Source: Saccostrea echinata (Eukaryota). Taken from it: a stretch of 64,000 bases of DNA. The stretch spans positions 5,022,001 to 5,086,000 of the forward strand of contig NW_026889757.1 of NCBI RefSeq assembly GCF_033153115.1. The letters are read 5' to 3'. Position 1 is the stretch's first letter. Every line of letters starts with the position of its first letter. The notes below the pieces were generated by a model. It made no database searches. It saw nothing but the letters and a program-made list of their open reading frames with translations, and had not been told where the DNA came from. This document shows positions 27,723 to 38,283 of this stretch, piece after piece. Both the position numbers and the translations under genes were made by a program.

Positions 27723-29393
27723 ACACAAGATCTTAACCATCATAAGGATTTTTGTTCGAAATTATTTATTAGAAAGGAAAAGTTATTTTAATTGCATTCA
27801 GGGTTATCGAAGTAATACCGTATTTTCAAACCCTTTTCTTTAAACGCATTCAAATTTTAACTTTTTTATTTGAGTAGTAATATATTGAAAACATTTCAGC
27901 ATTACCAGTATTACAACTGTAAGATTAATCTTCATGAATATTTACATACATACATCATTAGGCTAAAAAAAATTGTTTGTTTCCGGTTATACCCGACTGA
28001 CCTCCTACACATTTTTTTTTCAGAAAATTACGAGTATCCGTAACTGTCTCTTTGTTTTACGAATTCGTAATGGCGGCGCACTTGTTTGCTGCAAGTAGTC
28101 GGTGTTCGCTGTTATTTTATGCCGTTAATATAATCATAAAATCATCATCTTTTTGCAATTATTTTGAAAGGAAAAATTTAATAAATTGTCTCCTGTTAAG
28201 CCGTTTTCACAAGATCAACCCTGAAAATATCAGCAGGAATTAACACGGTATCGTACCAAATTACATCTGATAAATGACCACCGATGTTTTTAAAATCCAT
28301 TATTACATTAAATTTCTTGCCATTCAAGACACCTTAATGCTATACTGATCTTAAAAAAAACAATTACAGATATCACGACATTGTCAGTGGGCTTACTGTT
28401 TATACATGCATCACGGACGTAAATAAATATAGGTCAGACTAATTATACTATAATATCAGTAAACGAACAAAAAATGTCATACAATTTTTTTTAATTCTAC
28501 CAATAACATATGGCTAGTGAGGGGAATATATAAGTCATTTGTTTTATTTAATGTCACTAATTTAAACATTTAAGGTCACTAATTTTAACTTTTAAGAAAA
28601 CAATTAATTTTTTACAAAAAATTTTTGTCTGTCAATTGCCAAACTTTTTTTTAACAGAATGTTAAACCATATGGTTTGCTGATTTTTCTTTAGATAGATT
28701 TGAATTAGAATTTAATTAAAAAAAAAAATTCATATTGGTTTAATAATTTATGTAATTCATAGTTAAAGAAATGCACATATTTTTAGAGATATTCTTAAAG
28801 TTTCAAACAAACAATACTTTTATCGCCGACTAGATACACCAGATACACCATGTACAATTGTCAGGCGACCTAATTCAGGTATAACGCACAATTCTTTAAA
28901 CTCCAATTTACTTATCTATTTATTTGCTGAAAGACAAAATAGAGAATATAACCACTCACATAACATCGACGAAAACGATATGAAATATAGCCAACCTGTC
29001 GAAAAGCCCGCGCTTATTGAAAATAGTTCGCTTACAATATGCATTCAGTAGCGTATGTGCACAAATTGTTATATCAGGATAATAATAAAGTAAATATCTA
29101 ATTCCTCTTTCAATTTAATTCTCAAACAAAAATATTGATCAATTAACAATTCCGTAGATTGAGATGTAAAAAAAATATTTGTTTAGTATCGTCTTTCAAT
29201 GTGACTATTTTGTTTATCGGAAGCGTCTGCTTTGACGCTGTTAGGCTTTTTGTTTACTTTTCTGAACGTGCTATTTATAGTAAGGCAGTCGATCACGATG
29301 CCTACAGCCAGGACTTTGCTTTCAGCAAAGCCCGGCTAAAAAAGTTCAAACGCTTTAACGTAAACACATTAGGTATAAAGTGAGTCGTAATAA

Positions 29394-29832
29394 AAACAAA
29401 ATGCGTTTGTGAAACACTGATGCTCCCGCACGCCAGTCTTTTGTGAAGGGTAAAGTTTCTGAAGTGCAAGTTAAACTCTAAGCTCAAGGTCAAGAGATCA
29501 AAAATGTCGTTTTCCAAAAAAGGAGCTGTATCAATGAAAATACCTGTGAAATATGAAAGCCCAAGAACCAACCGTTCAAAAGTTATATATGGCCAAGGTT
29601 ATAGTTTTTAAAAAGTGGGTCAAACTCAAAGGGTCAAAATCAATGATACCCAGGGAAAGGACCCGTCACATGAAATATACATGTGAAATATAAAAGCCCT
29701 AGCATCAAATGTCAAAAGTTATGGCCAAGGTTAAATTAAAGGGTTTTTTTTAATAGTTCAAACTCCAAGGTCAAGGTCAAAATTGTTGGTATCCTAGAGA
29801 AAGTCTTGTCACTAGAAATACACCTGTGAAAT
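29394..29832 (+). mobile_element. 3'-truncated HINE, related to the element at 36448-37630
   Basis: aacaaaatgcgtttgtgaaacactgatgctcccg start; ~3 degenerate core repeats with aaagttatggccaaggttaaa and caaggtcaaggtcaaa. Confidence 0.75.
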
Positions 29833-29984
29833 TAAAATTACATATACTCTGGCTATTGTAACCTGGAACGTCTATTATAACCGTTAACTTGGTCCCGGGT
29901 TATTTTATCTTTGTTATAAAGTGGGAGAAAATGAACAGGTAACAAATAACTTTGAAATTACTCTTATATAAATATTGCATATAG

Positions 29985-30066
29985 TTGAATGCACCACAAG
30001 AAAACCATTGTCAATCGAGGCGCAGCCGAGGTTGACAATGGTTTTCGAAAGGTGAAAATTTTAAAT
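29985..30066. repeat. Short hairpin element
   Basis: gaaaaccattgtcaatcgaggcgcagccgaggttgacaatggttttc; inverted arms. Confidence 0.65.
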
Positions 30067-30259
30067 GTTAAACGCAACTACATGCAATATTTATTATATT
30101 ATACTGAATTTTTATACAAATACATGTACACATAACAGTGTTGCATGTTGCTACGCTGGAATGCGTGGCTTCATCATTCAGCGGGTAATCGTGTTTTTTA
30201 AACAAAATAATGTTTCTCGACGAATCAGTTTTAACTAATTTACATGAAAGTATAATATC

Positions 30260-31940
30260 AGAAATTGTAACCCGGAACATTATTTGTGGTTCCGGGCTAA
30301 AGTGGAAAAGAAACAACCTAGTAACAAAAGATATTTGAAAATACTCTCAGCAATTCTAACATAAACGTTAATTATGACCATAATTTTAGTTCCGGGCTAC
30401 TTTATCTTCCTAATAAAGTGGAAAAGGAACGACCTAGTAACAAAGATATTTGAAAATACTCTCAGCAATTCCAACCCGGAACGTTAATCATGACCATAAT
30501 TGTAGTTCCGGGCTACTTTATCTTCGTAATAAAGTGGAAAAGAAACAACCTAGTAACAAAGATATTTGAAAATACTCTCAGCAATTCTAACCCGGAACGT
30601 TAATTATGACCATAGTTTTGGTTCCGGGCTACTTCATCTTCGTAATAAAGTGGAAAAGAAACAACCTAGTAACAAAGATATTTGAAAATACTCTCAGCAA
30701 TTCTAACCCGGAACGTTAATTATGACCATAATTTTAGTTCCGGGCTACTTTATCTTTGTAATAAAGTGGAAAAGAAACAACCTTGCAACAAAAATATTTG
30801 AAAATACATAGCAATTCTAACCCGGAACGTTAATTATGACCATAATTTTAGTTCCGGGCTACTTTATCTTTGTAATAAAGTGGAAAAGAAACAACCTAGT
30901 AACAAAAATATTTGAAAATACATAGCAATTGTAAGCCGGAACGTTAATTATGAACATAATTTTAGTTCCGGGCTACTTTATCTTCCTAATAAAGTGGAGA
31001 AGAAACAACCTTGTAACAACGATATTTAAAAATTCTCTCAGCAATTCTAACCCGGAACGTTAATTATGATCATAATTTTAGTTCCGGGCTACTTTATCTT
31101 CGTTATAAAGTGGAAAAGAAACAACCTAGTAACAAAGATATTTGAAAATACTCTCAGCAATTCTAACCCGGAAAGTTAATTATGGCCATAATTTTGGTTC
31201 TGGGCTAGTTTATCTTCCTAATAAAGTGAAAAAGAAACAGCCTAGTAACAAATATGATTGAAAATATATAGCAATTGTAACCCGGAACGTTAATTATGAC
31301 CATAATTTTAGTTCCGGGCTACTTTATCTTTGTAATAAAGTGGAAAAGAAACAACCTTGTAACAAAAATATTTGAAAATACATAGCAATTGTAAGCCGGA
31401 ACGTTAATTATGACCATAATTTTAGTTCCGGGCTACTTTATCTTCGTTATAAAGTGGAAAAGAAACAACCTAGTAACAAAGATATTTGAAAATACTCTCA
31501 GCACTTCCAACCCAGAAAGTTAATTATGGCCATAATTTTGGTTCTGGGCTACTTTTTCTTTGTAATAAAGTGGAAAAGAAACAACCTTGTAACAGAAATA
31601 TTTGAAAATACTCTCAGCAATTCTTACCCGGAACGTTAATTATGATCATAATTTTAGTTCCGGGCTACTTCATCTTCGTTATAAAGTGGAAAAGAAACAA
31701 CCTAGTACATGTAACAAATATGTTTGAAAATACTCTCCGCAATTGTAACCTGGAACGTTAATTCTGACAATAATTATGGTTCCGGACTTTTTATCTTCGT
31801 AATAAAGTGAAACAGAAACAACTTAGTTACAAAAAAGTCTGAATTTATTTTACTATTATCTTTTTATAAGGTGGAATACAATGAACAGGAAACAAAAATG
31901 TTTGATATTAGTCTCAGAAATTGTAACCTGGAATGATAAT
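30260..31940. repeat. Tandem satellite, 114/116-bp unit, ~13-14 copies, inside the Ginger element
   Basis: Unit aacccggaacgttaattatgaccataattttagttccgggctactttatcttcgtaataaagtggaaaagaaacaacctagtaacaaagatatttgaaaatactctcagcaattct; registers at 30475, 30591, 30707, 30821, 30935, 31051, 31167, 31281, 31395, 31511, 31627, 31749. Confidence 0.95.
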
Positions 31941-33698
31941 TATTTTTAATTAAAAAAAAAATTAATTTACAATTTTACATTTTTGCAGATGCTATAATTT
32001 AAACTCCTCCCTTTTTTTTGGAGGGGGGGGGGCTCAGATAATTAACTAACAATTTTTTTAATAATTTTTATTTTTGGAGCTGTTATAACCTCCTTTTTTT
32101 CAAATTTGGGGGAGGGGGCTGAGATTTAAAAAAAATGGAGGGTGTTACATTATTGCCGCTTGCCTTTTGCCTACATGTATAATTATATGTATTTTGAATT
32201 TTTTTTCTCCACAAATTTTGATATTCATTAAACATAATGGTATGTATAAAACGATAAAGTTTTAAAGTGTCATGAAAATTGTCATTTTCTTATTGTGTTT
32301 TATGTATAAAAAACACCAAGGAATAAAAGTTATTTCCCAAATATCTTAAGGGGTGGGTGGGTAGGATATGCATCGAAGTTACAGAAAAGTCCATTTGAAA
32401 GCCTTTAAAACATAAAAAAAAAATCATTTAAAATTTGCTAAAACCTTGATTTTACTAAAATATTTGAGCTAATTCAGTTTACCTCACTGCTATTTTCAAA
32501 ATCAACATTGCTGGTCTTTACTTTTCATATTTCAACCTTGTTTTTTTTTCTTCCTACGGTCTTTAAAAAACAACAACAACATAATTTTCATTAATTACTT
32601 GTGTTTGTTCATTCTAAGGGAATAAACCATATCGTTATGTTTTATGTTTGTTTCATTGCAGAATAAACCACATATTCCTGAAATAGCCATTGTTAATTTA
32701 TCACAAAAACTATATAACTATCTTCATCAGTGAATTATATTTTTTTATGTTTGTTTATTTCTAATGGAATATAAATCATATTTTCATGCCAAGTGATAAT
32801 ATCTATGAGGATTGGAAGCCATGTATTCGAGGCTCGACATTGTGGAATTTGCAACACTTGTAATATCATTTAAACAGAGAATGCATCTCTATAAATACAT
32901 ATACCATTTTGTATTTAATTCTTTACTTTATCAGATTATAAAATTAAAATTTACTGATCAAATCTATCTTTGACATTATGCTTCTTTTTAGGGTTTTGTA
33001 ATCTCAGTCTAGTTTATCTTCTATCCTCTTTACCCTGTAAATACCAGGTCTGCGTGCATTCAAGCGAGAAATTCACACCTGACATGCACTAAATAAACAA
33101 AGGGACTTAATTTGTATGCATTAGATAAACAAAGCCTTTCTTGCGACCAAATTTTATTCGGTGTATATGTATCAGAAAGCGTATTTCACGATCTTTACTT
33201 GGACTATTTAATTCATTTATTTTTAAAAATGGCTGTAAAAAAAGGGCATGACGCCTTATAAAAAGAACATTGCGCCACATGAGAATGGCATGCCGCTGCG
33301 CCATGCTTAATACTCAAGGAAAAAACTACTTCTATGATACAGTGTAGAATGAAATCTGGCAGATATTAATTGAGAGATACCGCGATTCGAAGATTGCAGC
33401 CATGGCCGGAACCAAACTTACAGCAAAATCCGGAACCAATATTATGATTTTAAGGTTCCGGCCGGAACGCGAAGTATCCGGAACGTAAATTATGCGACAC
33501 CGTCTGACTCTCTGCCTGTAAACTTAATTTTCACATATTCAACTTATTCTCAAGAATCCCTCGGCCAGTCTCAACCAAACTTGCCACAAAGCATCATTGG
33601 GTGGAGGTGATTCAAATTTGTTTGAATAAAGGTTCACACCCTATTTCAAGGGGATATACATGTACTTAAGAATAAGTTAAATTTTGGTGGCTTCTTTT

Positions 33699-34697
33699 AA
33701 CCAGAAGTCTCTGATGAGACTGTGGCTCTACTGGTCTGTACGTATAACAAAGGAAAAGTAGCATTTGGATTTGAAACTTTGCAACATGCAGCAATAAATA
33801 GAATTAAGTATCTTAATGTAGCGTTTTGAAAGTATTTCACAGAAATTTCTATTTTTAGTAACCATGGCAACACCATTCACTGAAATCAAAAACCGATATA
33901 CACTTTTATGTATCCTAGTGTAGTCTAACTGTGTGCCAAATAAGATTGAAATCAGACCAAAACTGTAGGAGGAGTAATGTTTTAAAGGAATTTTACAGAA
34001 ATTTCTATTTTTAGTAACCATGGCAAAACCATTCATCAAAATCAAACACCAATTCATCAGATTATGTATCTTAGTATAGTCTAATTGTGTGCCAAGTTAT
34101 ATTAAAATCAGACCAAAACTGTAGGAGGAGTAACGTTTTAAAGTAATTTCACAGATATTTCTATTTTTAGAAACCATGGCAACACCGTTCATCGAAATCA
34201 AAAACCGATGCACTAAATATAATCATCTTAGTGTAGTCTACTTGTGTGCTTAAGTTATACTGAAATCAGACCAAAACTAGGAGGAGTAGCGTTTTAAATG
34301 AATTTTATAGAAATTTCTATTTTTAGCAACCATGGCAACACCGTTCATCGAAATCAAAAACCGATGCACTTAATTATATATCTTAGTGTAGTCTATTTAT
34401 ATTGAAATCACACCAAAACTGTTGGAGGAGTAGCGTTTTAAATGAATTTCAAAGAAATTTCTATTTTTGGTAATTATGGCAATACCGTTCATTGAAATCA
34501 AAAAACCAATGCACTAAATTATGTATCTTAGTGTAGTCTACTTGTGTGCTAAGTTATATTGAAATCAGACAAAAACTGAAGGAGGAGTAGTGTTTAAAAA
34601 TTGTTTACAGACAGACGGACAGACAGACATCAGACAGACAGGCGGACACATTACTATTGCATAAGCTCTTCTGGTCTCTGACCAGTAGAGCTAAAAA
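33699..34697 (+). mobile_element. HINE with ~5 core repeats of ~157 bp, nested antisense in the host HINE
   Basis: 5' subTIR gctctactggtc; 3' hairpin agctcttctggtctctgaccagtagagct; GACA microsatellite 34607-34650. Confidence 0.85.
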
Positions 34698-36447
34698 TCT
34701 CAAGAACCAGTGGGCCAAAAAAGAAACTTATTTGAAAGCTTCATAGCATAGTGTATATTCAAGTTTGTTCAAATCACGATCCATCGGGAGTTCGTTTGGG
34801 CCCCAGTTGGAGATCAATTTTTTTTTTTACATTGAAATATAACCTACATGTAGCATTAGGGGAAAATATTTTAAAAATCTTCTCAAGAAGAGCAAAGTCA
34901 GGGCCATTCACACTAATATGGAAATATCCTCAGGTAGTTTACATTCAATTTTGTTAAAATTATGATCAGGGATAGGGTGGGGCCACAATAGGAGATCAAA
35001 GTTTAACATAGGATTATATAGGAAAAAATGTTTAAAAATCCTCCTCTATAGAAGAGCAAAAGCCTTATTAGTCATGTTAATATGCAAGCATCATCGGGGT
35101 AGTTTGGATTCAAGTTTGTTTAGATCACCCCCCCCCCCCGTTATTAAGCTGAGAATACAAAAGAGGATCAGAGTTATACAAGGGAATATGTAGTAACAAG
35201 GCCACATTATCATATTAATAAGCAAAACATTCTAAGATGTATGGATTTTTTTTTTTAAATAATAAACTCTGGAGTAAGGGTTAGGCTAAATTCAGAGGTC
35301 CAAATTCTACAACATAAATGATTACTGGAGAAAAAAACCCAGAACAGCAGGGCCATTTTAGTCATATTGATACTGAAGCATCCCAATGATTGATTTTGAT
35401 TAAATCAGAGCCCACTTAGTGCTAGGTTTTTGTTAACAACAAAAGTCAAAATCTCTTTGGAATAAAAGAGGGAAAATTTTTAAAACAGTCTTACTGACAA
35501 CGAACAGTGGGGCCATAATGACTCAGGTGAGCGTTGTGGTTCGTAGAATTTTTGGTCAGTGTCAGTTTTAAAAAGCTCATTTCTTAGAAAAATATTTTAT
35601 TTCATGAAATCTTGAGGGCTTTTGTGATCCATGGGGGATTTTTGAACAGAGTGGAATCTAACTAAATGAGGATGCTAACAAGCCTAGGCTTTAAGTTGCT
35701 GTTTCTAAAAGTCATCCCCATATAAAAGTGAAACCAAGACAGGGACCTAATTCTGGACCATATGTATAAATTTAATAAACATAAATGTACATGTAGAGTT
35801 GATAAAGTTTCTTTCAAACAGTTTTGACAAATTGCGTCTTTCTTGATTTTTTTTAGATAATTAGGAGTTTTCTCGATTTTATTTTCATATAATCCTAATA
35901 ATTTTTGTGTACGAACCTACACTGTGGCTCCACAGAGATCCCGGAAATCGTGAAGGAACGGATTTGAATTTACAACCCTAAAGAATTGTTTGATATAAGT
36001 TTTCATACGAAGTTATCTTTTATTATGCATCCACCTTATCTCCAATGATCAAAATTTAAAAATAAAGTTTTATTTAAAAATGAACTTAACAAGCAGTGGC
36101 CTATCTGTTCTTCTTGAACAGAGGATTTCGAAGAATTTCTACTATTTTATTTTCATATATACAAAACACTGAACCACTGAACACTTAGTGACGCGACAAC
36201 TTCGTCTCTATAGGGCCTTGGATTAAAAAAAAAATGCTCAAATATTCTATAGAAAATTTCGTCAGAAAAACTGACCGATTTATTCTTTAGATGAAGACTT
36301 AAACGGAATCTTATTTTCACTAGTTTTTAATTACCTTCTCAAAAGACCGTTATCCTTCATTGTTCTCACCCACGAGAAAAAATCAGAAATGAAAAAAAAA
36401 ATGTTAACAGAAGGATATCAGATGGGCAACAAACAATATTAGAAAAT

Positions 36448-37630
36448 AACAAGATGTGTTTGTGAAACACTGATGCCCCCGTATGGCAGCTTATGGCGAA
36501 GGTTAAAGTTTCTCAAATGCAAGTCAAAATCCAGGCCAAAAGATAAAAAATGTTGATACCCAAAGAAAGATCTTGTCTCGAGGAATACACCTGTGAAATT
36601 TGAAAGACCTAGATACAACTGCTCAAAGGTTATGGCGAAGGTTAAAGTTTTTTAAATAAAAGTCAAGGTCAAGGTCAAAGTGGTTGGTATCCAAAGGAAG
36701 GTCTTGTCAGAAGGATTACATATGTGAATTATGAAAGCCCTAGCACCAACCATTCAAAAGTTATGGCCAAGGTTAAAGTTTTTCAAAAGTAGGTCAAACT
36801 CCTAGGTCAAGGTCAAAGGGTCAAAGTGGTTGGTATCCAAAGGAAGGTCTTGTCACAAGGATTACATATGTGAATTATGAAAGCCCTAGCACCATCCATT
36901 CAAAAGTTATGGCCAAGGTTAAAGTTTTTCAAAAGTAGGTCAAACTCCTAGGTCAAGGTCAAAAGGTCAAAGTGGTTGGTATTCAAAGGAAGGTCTTGTC
37001 ACAAGGATTACATATGTGAAGTATGAAAGCCTTAGCACCAACCTTTCGAAAGTTATGGCCAAGGTTTAAGTTTTTCAGAAGTAGGTCAAACTACTAGGTC
37101 AAGGTCAAAGGGTCAAAGCGGTTGATATCCAGAGGAAGGTCTTGTCACAAGAAATACACATGTGAAGTTTGAAACCCTAAGCACCAACTGTTCAAAAGTT
37201 ATGGCCAAGGTTAAAGTTTTTCAAAAGTAGGTCAAACTCCTAGGTCAAGGTCAAAAGGTCAAAGTGGTTGGTATCCAAAGGAAGGCCTTGTCACAAAGAA
37301 TACACATGTGAAGTTTGAAACCCCAAGCACCAACTGTTCAGAAGTTATGGCCAAGGTTAAAGTCTCATAAAATTTTGCAAAAGTGGGTCAAACTCCAAGG
37401 TCAAGGTCAAAAGGTCAAATATGATGGTACCCAAAGAAAGATCTTGTCACAAGGAATACACATGTGAAATATGAAAGTAATTGCTCCAACCAATCAAAAG
37501 TTATGGGCAAGGTTAAAGTTGACAACAGACAGACAGACAAACAGACAAACGGACAAACAGATAAACAGACAAACAGACAGACAGGACAAAAACAATATAC
37601 CCCCGGGATCTTTCGATCCGGGGGCATAAA
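36448..37630 (+). mobile_element. Complete HINE with ~7 core repeats of ~146 bp
   Basis: aacaagatgtgtttgtgaaacactgatgccccc start; repeats with aaagttatggccaaggttaaag; (GACA/AACA)n 37525-37585; 3' hairpin ccccgggatctttcgatccggggg. Confidence 0.9.
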
Positions 37631-38283
37631 AATACTTGAACTTTCAGGTCAGCTAAGCTTTTAACAAAAAACGGATGTCGTTTTTTCTGCTTTGTGTATT
37701 CAATCTGCATTTTCTTGCGGCTATTGCACTTTTTCCGATGATCATACTTGAAGATCTAACAATTTAAAATACTTCTTTGTAAATATGTAAAAGAGGTAAA
37801 CCAAGGCCGTTATCAATTAAGAGTCCCAAAACACGCAACACACCACCACTGGAAGAAGAATTCCACACCGGATTTTAAACAAATTTCCATTGATTGTAAA
37901 CTGGCTATGACCCTATAAGGGCATTATATCTGCCTGTTCTCTATTCACACGACGTCAACTGCAAGATTCTAATGCTATTAAGATGTAAAGATAACTATAA
38001 TATCTTGTTTACAATCGTTGTCCTGTTTTCGAATATTTAATGGTGAATTTTTAAGTTTTGGGGACAACGAACCTAAAAATTACAAATTTTGCATAAGGAA
38101 GATTGCATCTAAATTATGGTAATTGCTATGACAGTTTATCTATAGAAAAAGTCTATTCAACATTTTCGAAATTATTACGGCAACAGTATGATTTAGCTAG
38201 AATATGAATTTGAATTTGCTTCAAATGTTATTAAAATAAGAAGGTTTTGTTTCAGAGTTGGAATTTTTATGTAAAGAGAAAAT

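Larger units (their letters stand above)
23776..33499. mobile_element. Non-autonomous Ginger1-type DNA transposon, 9724 bp
   Basis: ~45-bp imperfect TIRs starting TGTCGCATAATTTACGTTCCGG; 4-bp TSD CCGT at 23772-23775 and 33500-33503. TGTNR termini with a CCGG/CCGT TSD are the described Ginger1 hallmarks. No transposase ORF seen. Confidence 0.8.
23712..35556 (-). mobile_element. Host Helentron/HINE split by two nested insertions (own sequence 23712-23775, 33500-33698, ~34697-35556)
   Basis: ttttagctcacttgaactgaaaactcaagtg...tgtccggcgtccgt at left resumes as ccgtctgactctctgcctgtaaac after 33499; degenerate ~165-bp repeats (tctcaagaac...caagtttgttcaaatcacg); far terminus actcaggtgagcgttgtgg. Confidence 0.75.

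Noticed and set aside
30260-31940. Palindromic regularly spaced repeats as a CRISPR-like array
   Set aside because: The sequence between palindromes is near-identical from unit to unit (no unique spacers), there are no cas genes, and the context is eukaryotic; it is a satellite.
37415-37710. ORFs with CLSVCLFV or QTDKQT repeats
   Set aside because: Translations of the HINE GACA microsatellite.
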